This document shows, piece after piece, positions 32,629 through 42,461 of a stretch of 64,000 nt of DNA. The stretch is from the NCBI GenBank assembly GCA_037968575.1, contig JBBKVR010000029.1, forward strand, positions 2,521 through 66,520, given 5' to 3'. The notes beneath the pieces were generated by a model that did no database searches, was not told the origin of the DNA, and saw only the letters and a program-made list of their open reading frames with translations. The position numbers were made by a program, and so were the translations under genes. Source of the DNA: Bdellovibrionales bacterium (GTDB taxonomy: Bacteria; Pseudomonadota; Alphaproteobacteria; Micavibrionales; Micavibrionaceae). Position 1 is the first letter of the stretch, and every line of letters starts with the position of its first letter.

Positions 32629-33738
32629 TTATATCCTTAGAGTCCATGCAAGTTCTGGTCGCTCCATACCAACGGGTAATGGGACAACTGTTTCGCCGCT
32701 TTTGGTTTTGAGAGGCTGGCAAGTTGAGGCCTCTCTTATTAGAGAAAATGTTTCACTCGGAATATTAAGACCATAAAATTCAGGCCCTATTTCACACAGG
32801 AATTTACGGAAACGCCCCTGATTATCTTTATCGTCTAGATTGCACCCTGCTTTCTCAAAGCCTTCCGCATAAAGTTGCGGCGCACATCCACCTGTAAAAC
32901 AGCCAGCTGCACATCCACATGGAGTGGCCTTAGTTGTATGTGGGGCACTGTCAGTCCCTGCAAAAAATTGATTATTGGCAGGATCGGTGATGGCTTGTTG
33001 AATGGCAGTTAAGTCCTCTTCAAACTTTACCAAAGGCAAACAATAGAGATGATATTTTAACCCTTGGAGAAGTGAACCAACCGTATAAAGCAGATGTTGC
33101 GGCGTGACGCTGGCGGTTACATTATCGTCCGCCTGATAAACAAAATCGACAGCTTCTTTGGTTGTAATATGCTCGGCAACAATTTTTAAATTGGGATAAG
33201 TTTCGGCAAGAGCAGGCATTTCCTCAAGGTAAAATGCTTTCTCGGCATTTGTGTCAGCATCAAAATAATCAGCACCTTTCAGCCCGTGTTTTTCACCGTG
33301 GACGCATAAAATAATTGCATGATCCTCTAATGCGCGCAGAACTCCGTTCTCAACAAAAGTTTTGAGTGGACGTCCGTGGTCTGAATTGGTTGTGCCATGA
33401 GGAGGGTAATATTTACAGGCGCGAAGCAGTCCTGAGTCTGTACCTTCTTTAATCATTTCGGGAGTGGTGTCTTTGGTCAGATAAAGCGGAACAATAATGT
33501 CTTTAAATAGATCCCCACCAGTATTTTTAATTTGAGAGAGATAATTCTCAATACTCCAATAAGGGAGGTCGGAGTCTTCAGTAAGTTTTCCAACGGGAGG
33601 TTTTGTATTGGGCATCGCCAAAATACCTGCACAGCCCATATCAATTTGTGCTTGGATGTAATCACCCATGTCTTTCCCTTGCCTGACATGGACATGAAGG
33701 TCGTACCATTTTGGGAGAATGATTTCCGTTGTCATCAC
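32629..33738 (-). CDS. pyrC: dihydroorotase, homodimeric (class II, PyrC-like)
   Basis: Colinear with E. coli PyrC motifs: DLHVHVRQG (DWHLHLRDG), MPNTKPPV (MPNLAPPV), KYYPPHGTTNS, VHGE, EHITTKEAVDFV, TPQHLL, HLYCLPLVK, GTDSAPH and CGCAAGCF. Its stop abuts the lysA start. Confidence 0.88.
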   Translation of the reverse strand: MMTTEIILPKWYDLHVHVRQGKDMGDYIQAQIDMGCAGILAMPNTKPPVGKLTEDSDLPYWSIENYLSQIKNTGGDLFKDIIVPLYLTKDTTPEMIKEGTDSGLLRACKYYPPHGTTNSDHGRPLKTFVENGVLRALEDHAIILCVHGEKHGLKGADYFDADTNAEKAFYLEEMPALAETYPNLKIVAEHITTKEAVDFVYQADDNVTASVTPQHLLYTVGSLLQGLKYHLYCLPLVKFEEDLTAIQQAITDPANNQFFAGTDSAPHTTKATPCGCAAGCFTGGCAPQLYAEGFEKAGCNLDDKDNQGRFRKFLCEIGPEFYGLNIPSETFSLIREASTCQPLKTKSGETVVPLPVGMERPELAWTLRI

Positions 33739-33805
33739 TGTTATCCGTTATTCGGTTTCAAGTGAGACTACAAAAAGAATAACTCTGTGACCAGAGAAGA
33801 AAATT

Positions 33806-34456
33806 TTATTCTTCAGGTTTTGCTTCTTCTTCGGTAGTTGGCTCATCTTCTGTAGCTGCAGTTTCTTCAACTTCTGGCTCAGGCGGTGTGAGTTCAGTAG
33901 CTTCTGTAGCAATTTCGGCATCAGACGGTACGCCTTTTGGAGAATCTGCAAGTGTTCTGAGGTAAGCAACAACGGCTGCACGGTCTTCAGGCTTCTTTAA
34001 ACCGATAAAGTTCATTTTTGTACCAGGAGCATATTTCTTTGGTTTCCAAAGGTACTTGTTTAAATCCAGATATGTCCAAGTCGCTGCCCCGTTTTCCGAA
34101 AGGGCACCTGAATAAGCAAAACCAGCATTATGCTCCTTTTTATTGCCCACCGTATTCCACAAATTAGGACCAACCCCGTTTGCTCCGCCTTTTGTAAATG
34201 TGTGGCACGCCGCACAAACTTTGGATATCTTTTGTCCTCTTTCGATATCTGCCTCGGCAATAAGAGCAAGGATAGGCTCAGCCATTGGCTCAACTCCGCC
34301 AGCACCTGCAACAGATTCGATGCCTTCGATTGCAATGGCATCTTTTTCCAAGTCATGATCTGAAATGGCTAGTTCAGCAATAAATCCTGAGAACATGGCA
34401 ATAATACCTGCCACTAAAATTGCTGCAAAAATTTTATTCAGTTCCAAGTCTTTCAT
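33806..34456 (-). CDS. membrane-anchored class I cytochrome c (CycM-like) with an acidic C-terminal tail
   Basis: N-terminal TM anchor, heme-binding CAACH, and the distal Met region TKMNFIGLKKPEDRAAVVAYLRTL. The tail is PEPEVEETAATEDEPTTEEEAKPEE. Confidence 0.85.
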   Translation of the reverse strand: MKDLELNKIFAAILVAGIIAMFSGFIAELAISDHDLEKDAIAIEGIESVAGAGGVEPMAEPILALIAEADIERGQKISKVCAACHTFTKGGANGVGPNLWNTVGNKKEHNAGFAYSGALSENGAATWTYLDLNKYLWKPKKYAPGTKMNFIGLKKPEDRAAVVAYLRTLADSPKGVPSDAEIATEATELTPPEPEVEETAATEDEPTTEEEAKPEE

Positions 34457-34610
34457 CGCTTTAAAATCCTAGATATGGTTTCTCGGTAATGTACCGTGCA
34501 TGTGGACGCGCTTGTTATGATATTTTACAAGGCTTGTGTCAAGATACCCAAGCAGAAGTGATTTGTCGATAAAGACGCATTATCTTTTCCAAAACTATGA
34601 GGCTTTAAAA

Positions 34611-35444
34611 ATGAGTGACTCCAAAAATTATATAATCGCATTCCAAGGACATTCGGGAGCCTATTCAGAACAGGCCTGTCATGAAACTCTGCCAGAGGCA
34701 CAGACATTGCCTTGTGAGACATTTGATGAAGCTTTTGAGGCCGTTGAAAATGGTGAAGCAACGCACGCGATGATTCCAATTGATAATACACTAGCGGGAC
34801 GGGTTGCAGATGTTCATCATCTTTTGCCAACAAGCAAACTTCGCATCATTGGCGAACATTATCTTTCTATCGGGCATGCTTTGCTCGGGGTTGAAGGTGC
34901 GACCATTGATGATATCAAAACAGTGTATTCGCATATCCACGCCATTCCTCAATGCCGTAAATTTATTTTAGAGAGTGGGTATAAAAAAGTTATACATGCC
35001 GATACAGCTGGTGCGGCAAAGGAGGTTGCAGAGCTTCAAGACAGATCCATAGCGGCAATTGCATCACCTCTGGCAGCAGAAATTTATGGATTAAATATTT
35101 TAAGACAAGATATTCAAGATGCAGAGCACAATACGACCCGATTTATTATCCTTTCCTCTGAGCCCGTCAATATTTTGGGTGATAACAAGAAAGTTAAGAC
35201 CAGCTTTATATTCCGTGTAAAGAACGCGCCAGCAGCTCTCTATAAAGCATTGGGTTGTTTTGCAGACAGAGATGTTCAGATGACAAAGCTAGAAAGCTAT
35301 GTTGGTGAGAACTTTAAGGTAGCGTTATTCTTCACAGAAATTAACGGGCATATTGAGCATGGCAATGTCAAAGAGGCATTTATGGCTCTTAAAGACTTCA
35401 CTGAAGATGTAAAAATTTTGGGATGTTATGAGGCTAAGCTTTAG
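34611..35444 (+). CDS. pheA: prephenate dehydratase
   Basis: IAFQGHSGAYSE..., the PIDNTLAGRV (PxENS/T-like) block, TRF motif (NTTRFIIL) and a C-terminal ACT domain with ...ESY... Start set at the internal ATG at 34611 (MSDSKNYIIAFQG). Confidence 0.88.
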   Translation: MSDSKNYIIAFQGHSGAYSEQACHETLPEAQTLPCETFDEAFEAVENGEATHAMIPIDNTLAGRVADVHHLLPTSKLRIIGEHYLSIGHALLGVEGATIDDIKTVYSHIHAIPQCRKFILESGYKKVIHADTAGAAKEVAELQDRSIAAIASPLAAEIYGLNILRQDIQDAEHNTTRFIILSSEPVNILGDNKKVKTSFIFRVKNAPAALYKALGCFADRDVQMTKLESYVGENFKVALFFTEINGHIEHGNVKEAFMALKDFTEDVKILGCYEAKL

Positions 35445-35452
35445 AAGCTTTC

Positions 35453-35959
35453 TTAGAATCCAGAGCCTTTTTTCATGTCGAGCAATTGTGCTGGTCTGAT
35501 TTTAGGTGACTTACCGGAACCGCCGCCTTTGCGCCCACCAAAGCGCTCATCTTCTTTGAAATGCTCTTTCAGCAATTCTTCAAAATCGGGTATCGCGCCA
35601 CTATTTAATTTATTGATGCAAGCATGGAAGACTTTGCAGCATTTGGATTCCCAACCATAGATGTCGTTCTTTTTATCCTGATTGTAGATTTTTAGGTTAA
35701 AAACGTCCCATTTATTGCCCTTGTGAGGCATGGCGCGTAACCACATAACTTGCTCAACAGGTGGCGTGCCTTCAGGAGGGGTGTCATACATCATCTGGAT
35801 TTCAGCCTCCAACTCATTACCTTCAGGATTCATGCGCACTTCAGCAGAGCACGTGATGCCCTTATCGACATCCATGTGCGACCATGGCTGTGTTTGATAG
35901 GGGCCTAAAATGTAACTGACCCCCAGATCTTCCAGTAATTCTTGTAGAGTTTCCCTCAT
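35453..35959 (-). CDS. hypothetical protein, 168 aa, with a Gly/Lys-rich C-terminal tail
   Basis: Clean ORF filling the gap between pheA and xseA, with no family motif recognised. The tail is GGRKGGGSGKSPKIRPAQLLDMKKGSGF. Confidence 0.5.
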   Translation of the reverse strand: MRETLQELLEDLGVSYILGPYQTQPWSHMDVDKGITCSAEVRMNPEGNELEAEIQMMYDTPPEGTPPVEQVMWLRAMPHKGNKWDVFNLKIYNQDKKNDIYGWESKCCKVFHACINKLNSGAIPDFEELLKEHFKEDERFGGRKGGGSGKSPKIRPAQLLDMKKGSGF

Positions 35960-36000
35960 AACCTAATATTATAGCATAAAATGGCCAAAATAAAGGAAAT

Positions 36001-37368
36001 TTAACGCTTTGCGCGGACTTTAACTATCTGATTTTGCTTATATTCAAGGTTGTAATCATGGTCGTTTTTGACATTTTTGGCGTCCGTTACAGGTTTACCA
36101 TCCCCGTCTCTGACCACCACAAAACCTCTTTCAAGTACAGATTTAAAGGATAAGGTCTCTAGTAAACGCGTATATCCCTCTAGTTTCTCAGATGGCTTTT
36201 CAAGCAACTTTGTACCTCTTAAAACAAGACGTTCTGTCAATGAATTCAAACGGATATCATATTCCCGTATTCTATCTTTGGGGTGGCGCAACATAGCCGA
36301 TAATTCTGCCAATTTAGATGATTTCCGCGTGAGGGAAGTTTGTAAACTTTGAGATAAACGTTCTTGTAAATGATCAATTTTTTGTGTCTTAATTTCAAGA
36401 AGATGTGCGGGGTCACCCAGTTTTCCTGAGACAGCCTCAAGGCGGTTTTTAAGGTCGGAAAAAGTTCTGCGAATAGCAGCAAAAGCCCGCAATCCATCAT
36501 CTTCAACCTGTGCCATGAGAGACAATCGCTCAGGAACTGCCATTTCTGCTGCCGCAGTTGGTGTGGGTGCGCGTCTATCGGCGGCATAATCAGCCAAAGT
36601 TGTATCGGTTTCGTGCCCAACAGAGGAAATAACAGGAATGCTAGATTCAGCAATCGCACGCACTACATTTTCTTCGTTGAACGCCATAAGATCTTCCAAA
36701 GACCCACCGCCACGACCAACAATCAGAATGTCGGGCTTGTTTTCAAGAGCATTGAACCCACGAATGGCTTCTGTGATTTTTTCATCCGCGCCTTTTCCTT
36801 GAACGGGAACAGGCCATAAAACAACACGTACAGGAAAACGCTCGCGAACGCGGTGTAAAATATCATGGAATACCGCGCCTGTTTCCGAAGTCACAACACC
36901 AATTGTTTGAGGTAGGAAAGGAAGTTGTTTTTTGCGTGTCTCGTCAAAAAGCCCTTCAGCGGCGAGTTTCTTTTTGCGTTCTTCTAAGAGTTTGAGCAGC
37001 GCGCCTTCACCAGCTAATTCCATGGACTCAACAATCAGCTGGTAATTGGAGCGCGCTGGAAAAGTTGAGACGCGTCCCGTGCAAATCACTTCCAAACCCT
37101 CTTCGGGTTTGATGGATAATTTAGCAACTTGCCCACGCCAACAAATCAAATTGATAACGGCATTTTCATCCTTGAGGTCGGAATACATGTGACCTGACGT
37201 ATGGATTTTAACACGAGACAATTCACCGCGAACACGCACGCGACCATAAGCATCTTCTAAAGTTTTCTTTAAAGAGAAAGCGAGCTCAGAAACGCTTAAT
37301 TCTGGTGCATTAGTCTTTGTTGTGTCTGGAGCAGGTTTTTCTGCGACACTGAATAAATCTTCACTCAT
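36001..37368 (-). CDS. xseA: exodeoxyribonuclease VII large subunit
   Basis: N-terminal OB fold (VRVRGELSRVKIHTSGHMYSDLKD), the catalytic region GVVTSETGAVFHDI...RGGGSLEDL and a long C-terminal coiled coil. Confidence 0.92.
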   Translation of the reverse strand: MSEDLFSVAEKPAPDTTKTNAPELSVSELAFSLKKTLEDAYGRVRVRGELSRVKIHTSGHMYSDLKDENAVINLICWRGQVAKLSIKPEEGLEVICTGRVSTFPARSNYQLIVESMELAGEGALLKLLEERKKKLAAEGLFDETRKKQLPFLPQTIGVVTSETGAVFHDILHRVRERFPVRVVLWPVPVQGKGADEKITEAIRGFNALENKPDILIVGRGGGSLEDLMAFNEENVVRAIAESSIPVISSVGHETDTTLADYAADRRAPTPTAAAEMAVPERLSLMAQVEDDGLRAFAAIRRTFSDLKNRLEAVSGKLGDPAHLLEIKTQKIDHLQERLSQSLQTSLTRKSSKLAELSAMLRHPKDRIREYDIRLNSLTERLVLRGTKLLEKPSEKLEGYTRLLETLSFKSVLERGFVVVRDGDGKPVTDAKNVKNDHDYNLEYKQNQIVKVRAKR

Positions 37369-37417
37369 AATCTTTTCCGTATATGGACACTTAGCCCGAT
37401 AATGGTATGTATAAGTG

Positions 37418-40400
37418 ATGTCACATTCTCACCTCGAACACAAATATCAAGATGAAGAGATTAGCGTAAAAAATCTCCTCGACTCACTCGGCTGGACAGA
37501 TGAACTTGCACGTAAAACAAGTGAGCGTGCAGCAAGCCTTATTTCCGATGCGCGAAACATGCGACGCAAACCTGGCGAGATAGAAACATTTCTTCGTGAA
37601 TATGGTCTCAATACCGAAGAAGGTCGCGCGCTGATGACATTAGCAGAGGCCTTACTTCGTGTCCCTGACTCTGCAACAGCAGACGCCCTTATTCGTGACA
37701 AGCTCGATTCTGCTGCGTGGCCACGAACCAAGACAGATGATTGGATGCTAAAAGCGACTGCGCTGGGTTTAAAGGTCACCAAGAAAACCTTGAACACAGT
37801 TGTTGGACGTTTGGGTGAATCGGTCGTTCGCGTAGCCATTCGCCAAGCCATGAAGATTATGGGACAACAATTTGTTCTTGGACGAACAATTGAAGAAGCC
37901 ATAAAGAGAGCGCGTAGTTTTGAAAAAGATGGCTATCTTTCGTCTTACGACATGTTGGGTGAAGGTGCGAGAACGGCTGACGATGCCGAGAGATATTATG
38001 AGTCCTATATTCATGCGCTGACCTGTCTTTCCGAACAGGATTTGAAAAGAGGCACAGGAATTTCGGTGAAACTTTCTGCGCTTCATCCACGTTATGAAGT
38101 CTCCCAAAAAGACAGATGTGTTCCTGTGCTCATCGATAGATTAATAGCTCTTAGTAAACTAGCAAAAGATAAAAACTTACGTCTGACCGTTGATGCTGAA
38201 GAAGCTGACCGTCTTGAATTATCACTAGAGATTATAGAGGAGGTTGCGCTTCACCCAGAACTGACATCATGGACGGGTTTTGGCTTGGCGGTTCAGACCT
38301 ACCAAAAGCGTGGACACGAAGTTATCGAGAAAATTGTAGAGATTGCAAAAAAACGCGGGTCACCAATGCATGTGCGCCTTGTCAAAGGTGCTTATTGGGA
38401 TACGGAAATCAAACATGCGCAGGTCTTGGGGTTACCAGATTACCCTGTCTTTACACGTAAACCCAACACTGATCTTTCTTATTTGAGTTGCGCTTCTTAC
38501 ATGCTTGAAAACAGAGAGCACATCTATTGCCTTTTCGGAACGCACAACGCGCATACGATTGCCTCTATCATTGAGATGTCGATGCATAATTTTAAACGCG
38601 TGGAATTTCAGCGTTTGCACGGCATGGGCGAGAATCTCTATGCAGCTCTTAAGAAAAAGATGGAGATACCTGTTTCCATTTATGCACCTGTCGGACCACA
38701 TAAAGACTTACTAGCATATCTCGTTCGACGTTTATTAGAGAACGGTGCGAATTCATCCTTTGTGCACCGTATCTTTGATGAAGATTATTCCCCTGAAACA
38801 CTGGCGCAAGATGTTATTGAAGGCGTAAAACTTCACCCAACCAAGAAGCATTCAAAAATCTCTGCGCCCTTGGACATTTTTCCGCTGCGCGCAAACTCTA
38901 AAGGAATTGATTTGACCGAACCTTATGAGGTTGGCAAATTAGAAGAACATTTTGCAAAAAATATTTTTGGTAAAAACTTTGACATGATGCTTACTAAATC
39001 GAAAAAGAAAAACGCTGTAAGAGAGCAAGATGAGAGCGTCAATCCGTCAGACAAGAATGATGTGATTGGTAAAATCTATCGGCCCAATGACAGTGATATC
39101 GATGATGCCTTCGAAAAGACACAAGAGGAATTCTTGAAATGGAATTCTATACCTTCAACTGAGCGTGCCAAGATCTTAAACAAAGCTGCTGACCTGCTTG
39201 AAGAACGCATGGATTTCTTTATTGGGTTGTGTTCGCGAGAGGCTGGTAAAACGCTGGATGATGGTATTGCAGAAGTGCGCGAAGCTGTTGATTTTTGCAG
39301 ATATTACGCCCAGCAAGGCGTTGTTGATTTTGACAAAGGCGGTATTACTCTTCCAAGTGTGACAGGTGAAGACAATAGGCTTTTACTAGAAGGTCGAGGC
39401 ACTTTCGTTTGTATTTCACCTTGGAATTTCCCGCTCGCAATTTTTACAGGGCAAGTTGTTGCGGCTCTTATGGCAGGAAATTGTGTCCTTGCAAAACCAG
39501 CCGAGCAAACACCAATCATTGCGAATGAAATGGTCAAACTTTTATATGAAGCAGGGATTCCAGATGATGTACTTCATCTCATTCCAGGTGATGGCGATGT
39601 TGGTGCAAAACTGATTGCGCATGAGAGTGTCGCTGGTGTTGCCTTTACGGGTTCAACCCAAGTTGCAAAATATATTCAACGCGCACTTGCTGATAAGGAT
39701 GGTGCAATTGTTCCGTTAATTGCGGAAACTGGTGGTCTGAATGCCATGATTGTTGATTCCTCTGCATTGGCTGAACAAGTCATTGATGATGTGGTAACAA
39801 GTGCGTTTGGTTCAACTGGTCAACGTTGTTCGGCCTTACGGATTTTATGCCTACAAGATGATGTTGCCGATAAAATGATTGAAATGCTGGCAGGGGCAAT
39901 GGCTGAAATTAGAATTGGTGATCCGTCCGATGTGAGTACGGATTTGGGACCTGTGATTGACCAAGAGGCATTAGATAACCTCCTCCAATATTGCTCACGG
40001 ATGGATGGACAAGCCTCCAAAATTGCCGAGGCACCTTTGCCTGATGATGTACGAAGCAAGGGAACATTTTTTGCGCCTGTTGCTTATGAAATTTCCGATT
40101 TAAGCCAGATAAACCACGAGACTTTTGGCCCTGTTTTGCATGTTTATCGCTATAAAGCCAAAGACAGAAAGAAAATGCTCGCCGAATTAAATGCCAAAAA
40201 TTATGGGCTGACATTTGGTATTCACAGCCGTATTTCCAGTCATATTGATTTTCTCTCCGAGCGTGCAGATGTCGGGAATGTTTACGTCAATCGTTCTGTG
40301 ATTGGCGCGGTGGTTGGAAGCCAACCATTTGGAGGTCGTGGGCTGTCGGGTACAGGACCAAAAGCTGGCGGACCGTTTTATCTTCATGCCTTTGCAACCG

Positions 40401-40468
40401 AGAAAACAGTAACTATCAATACAACAGCCTCTGGTGGAAACACCAAATTAGTATCTCTGGAAGAATAA
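37418..40468 (+). CDS. putA: bifunctional proline dehydrogenase / L-glutamate-gamma-semialdehyde dehydrogenase (short PutA without RHH domain)
   Basis: About 1016 aa. PRODH barrel (SYDMLGE, VRLVKGAYWD, HNAHT) is followed by an ALDH domain (ISPWNFPLAIF, ETGGLNAMIVD, GQRCSALR). ATG at 37418 is preferred over the GTG at 37415. Confidence 0.93.
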   Translation: MSHSHLEHKYQDEEISVKNLLDSLGWTDELARKTSERAASLISDARNMRRKPGEIETFLREYGLNTEEGRALMTLAEALLRVPDSATADALIRDKLDSAAWPRTKTDDWMLKATALGLKVTKKTLNTVVGRLGESVVRVAIRQAMKIMGQQFVLGRTIEEAIKRARSFEKDGYLSSYDMLGEGARTADDAERYYESYIHALTCLSEQDLKRGTGISVKLSALHPRYEVSQKDRCVPVLIDRLIALSKLAKDKNLRLTVDAEEADRLELSLEIIEEVALHPELTSWTGFGLAVQTYQKRGHEVIEKIVEIAKKRGSPMHVRLVKGAYWDTEIKHAQVLGLPDYPVFTRKPNTDLSYLSCASYMLENREHIYCLFGTHNAHTIASIIEMSMHNFKRVEFQRLHGMGENLYAALKKKMEIPVSIYAPVGPHKDLLAYLVRRLLENGANSSFVHRIFDEDYSPETLAQDVIEGVKLHPTKKHSKISAPLDIFPLRANSKGIDLTEPYEVGKLEEHFAKNIFGKNFDMMLTKSKKKNAVREQDESVNPSDKNDVIGKIYRPNDSDIDDAFEKTQEEFLKWNSIPSTERAKILNKAADLLEERMDFFIGLCSREAGKTLDDGIAEVREAVDFCRYYAQQGVVDFDKGGITLPSVTGEDNRLLLEGRGTFVCISPWNFPLAIFTGQVVAALMAGNCVLAKPAEQTPIIANEMVKLLYEAGIPDDVLHLIPGDGDVGAKLIAHESVAGVAFTGSTQVAKYIQRALADKDGAIVPLIAETGGLNAMIVDSSALAEQVIDDVVTSAFGSTGQRCSALRILCLQDDVADKMIEMLAGAMAEIRIGDPSDVSTDLGPVIDQEALDNLLQYCSRMDGQASKIAEAPLPDDVRSKGTFFAPVAYEISDLSQINHETFGPVLHVYRYKAKDRKKMLAELNAKNYGLTFGIHSRISSHIDFLSERADVGNVYVNRSVIGAVVGSQPFGGRGLSGTGPKAGGPFYLHAFATEKTVTINTTASGGNTKLVSLEE

Positions 40469-40505
40469 CTTTTCTTGAGATTTTTTCTGTCCTATAAATA
40501 CTCCT

Positions 40506-41807
40506 ATGAAAATTTTATTGGTCGGATCGGGTGGCCGCGAACACGCTCTTGCATGGAAATTAGTACAATCAGATAGTTGCGAGCATCTGTATGTTGCGCC
40601 GGGGAGCGATGCGATTGATATGGAGCCCAAGGCAAGTTGCACGAATATTCCAGCAGATAATTTAGAAGAAATCATCGCTTTTTCCGTTGCCGAGAAAATC
40701 AACCTTGTGGTTGTTGGTCCTGAAGTTCCTCTTGTTGCTGGGCTCGCTGATGTATTGCGTGCGCAAGGTATTGCTGTCTTTGGTCCTTCACAAAAAGGGG
40801 CGCAGCTCGAAGGTTCCAAAGGCTTCATGAAAGACCTTTGTAAAAAATATAATATTCCAACCGCTGCTTATGAACGTTTCACTGATTTTGAAAAAGCCAA
40901 AGCCTATATCGAAAAACAATCCATGCCATTAGTGATTAAGGCTGACGGACTTGCCGCTGGTAAGGGCGTTATTATCGCGCAAAGTCATGAGGAGGCAATT
41001 GAAGCGACCCAAGACATGCTCTCGGGGAATGCTTTTGGTGAGGCAGGTGCTGAAGTTGTAATCGAAGAATTTTTGGAAGGCGAAGAGGTGAGCTTCTTTG
41101 CGATTGCTGACGGAAAAACCGTTCTGCCCTTGTCATCCGCGCAAGACCATAAACGTGCTTACGATAATGATGAAGGTCCTAATACTGGAGGAATGGGCGC
41201 ATACTCTCCTGCGCGCCCTCAAGTCTGGGACGAGGCAAAGCAAAAAGAGGCAATGGAGACAGTAATCTTGCCCACCATGCGTGCAATGGAAGAAGAGGAT
41301 TGTGCCTATACGGGTGTTCTTTACGCGGGGCTGATGATGGTTGAGGGGAAACCTTATCTCATTGAATATAATGTGCGTTTTGGTGACCCTGAGTGCCAAC
41401 CATTGATGATGCGCCTAGAAAGTGATTTGGCGACATTACTTTATGATGCGGCAACAAAAAATCTTGAGCGTTGGACAGATAAAATCAAATGGCATCCAGA
41501 GGGTGCAATTTGTGTGGTGATGGCAGCGGAAGGTTATCCGGGCTCTTATCCTAAGCGAACGCCTATTGAGGGAGTTGATTTAATTGAAAGTACAGGAACG
41601 CAAAAAATCTTTCATGCGGGAACACAGCGCGGGAATGACAACTGGCTGTCTTCAGGCGGACGAGTACTTGGTGTAACGGCCTTGGGTTCTACTGTTGCTG
41701 AGGCTAGAAAAACTGCCTATGACATGGTTGCACAAATTTCATGGCCAAAGGGTTTCTATCGCAAGGACATCGGTAACCGCGCGCTAGAAAATTCTAAAGC
41801 GGCGTAA
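40506..41807 (+). CDS. purD: phosphoribosylamine-glycine ligase
   Basis: MKILLVGSGGREHALAWKL, the ATP-grasp core (VIKADGLAAGKGV, EEFLEGEEVSFF) and EYNVRFGDPE. Confidence 0.96.
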   Translation: MKILLVGSGGREHALAWKLVQSDSCEHLYVAPGSDAIDMEPKASCTNIPADNLEEIIAFSVAEKINLVVVGPEVPLVAGLADVLRAQGIAVFGPSQKGAQLEGSKGFMKDLCKKYNIPTAAYERFTDFEKAKAYIEKQSMPLVIKADGLAAGKGVIIAQSHEEAIEATQDMLSGNAFGEAGAEVVIEEFLEGEEVSFFAIADGKTVLPLSSAQDHKRAYDNDEGPNTGGMGAYSPARPQVWDEAKQKEAMETVILPTMRAMEEEDCAYTGVLYAGLMMVEGKPYLIEYNVRFGDPECQPLMMRLESDLATLLYDAATKNLERWTDKIKWHPEGAICVVMAAEGYPGSYPKRTPIEGVDLIESTGTQKIFHAGTQRGNDNWLSSGGRVLGVTALGSTVAEARKTAYDMVAQISWPKGFYRKDIGNRALENSKAA

Positions 41808-42004
41808 TGAGTAAGAAAAAGAAAATAATTTTAGGACTCATAATTTTTGTAGTTCTATTGTCTGTGGCTATGAGTTTTTATCAATTTAGAGCATTTGTTT
41901 GCGTGAACACAAATCACGCTATCTGCATAGACCCATTTCTACCTTTAGAAAAGCGAATGAGACTCAGAGAGGAAGCAGAAAGAAAACATGGAGTTAATTT
42001 CTAG
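41807..42004 (+). CDS. small single-pass membrane protein, hypothetical (65 aa)
   Basis: The ATG overlaps the purD TAA (TAATG). It has a Lys-rich N-terminus followed by one TM (IILGLIIFVVLLSVAMSF). The 3' end overlaps the tadA 3' end by 11 nt. Confidence 0.4.
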   Translation: MSKKKKIILGLIIFVVLLSVAMSFYQFRAFVCVNTNHAICIDPFLPLEKRMRLREEAERKHGVNF

Positions 42005-42461
42005 TTTTTCGTTTCTCTCCGAAGAAATTTTGCAGAAGTTCTGCGGACTCTTCTGCTAACATACCATGCCTAACATCTGGTTTATGATGAAGTTGTGAGT
42101 GGGTGTAGAGCTTTGGACCATGTGTAATTCCACCACTCTTTGGGTCTGATGCACCAAATATCAACGTCTTTATTCGTGCAAAGGAAATAAGTGATGCACA
42201 CATCGGGCAAGGCTCAAGCGTCACATATAAATCATATTCAGGAATGCGCTGGGATTGCTCTTTTTTGCATGTCTGTCGAATAACAAGTGCCTCGGCATGG
42301 GAACACGGGTCACTGTCTATGCGCGTTTGGTTATAGGCGCGCGCGACAATTTCACCGCTTTCATGGTGCACAAGGACTGCGCCCACAGGAACTTCATCTG
42401 CATCAAAGGCGCGTTTCGCCTCTTCCAATGCGGCGCGCATGTATGTAATGTCATTTTCCAT
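41994..42461 (-). CDS. tadA: tRNA-specific adenosine deaminase
   Basis: CMP/dCMP deaminase zinc motifs HAE (CSHAEAL) and PCPMC. Start set at MENDITYMRAALEEA (42461); 42440 is an alternative. Confidence 0.88.
   Translation of the reverse strand: MENDITYMRAALEEAKRAFDADEVPVGAVLVHHESGEIVARAYNQTRIDSDPCSHAEALVIRQTCKKEQSQRIPEYDLYVTLEPCPMCASLISFARIKTLIFGASDPKSGGITHGPKLYTHSQLHHKPDVRHGMLAEESAELLQNFFGEKRKTRN

Noticed and set aside
37447-37902. 151-aa minus-strand ORF inside putA, and similar ORFs at 37769-38107 and 39909-40214
   Set aside because: They are antisense shadow ORFs within a well-supported 1016-aa PutA frame, with Arg/Ser-rich composition typical of antisense translation.
40448-40828. 126-aa minus-strand ORF overlapping the purD start
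   Set aside because: It is antisense to strongly conserved purD N-terminal codons and has no independent support.
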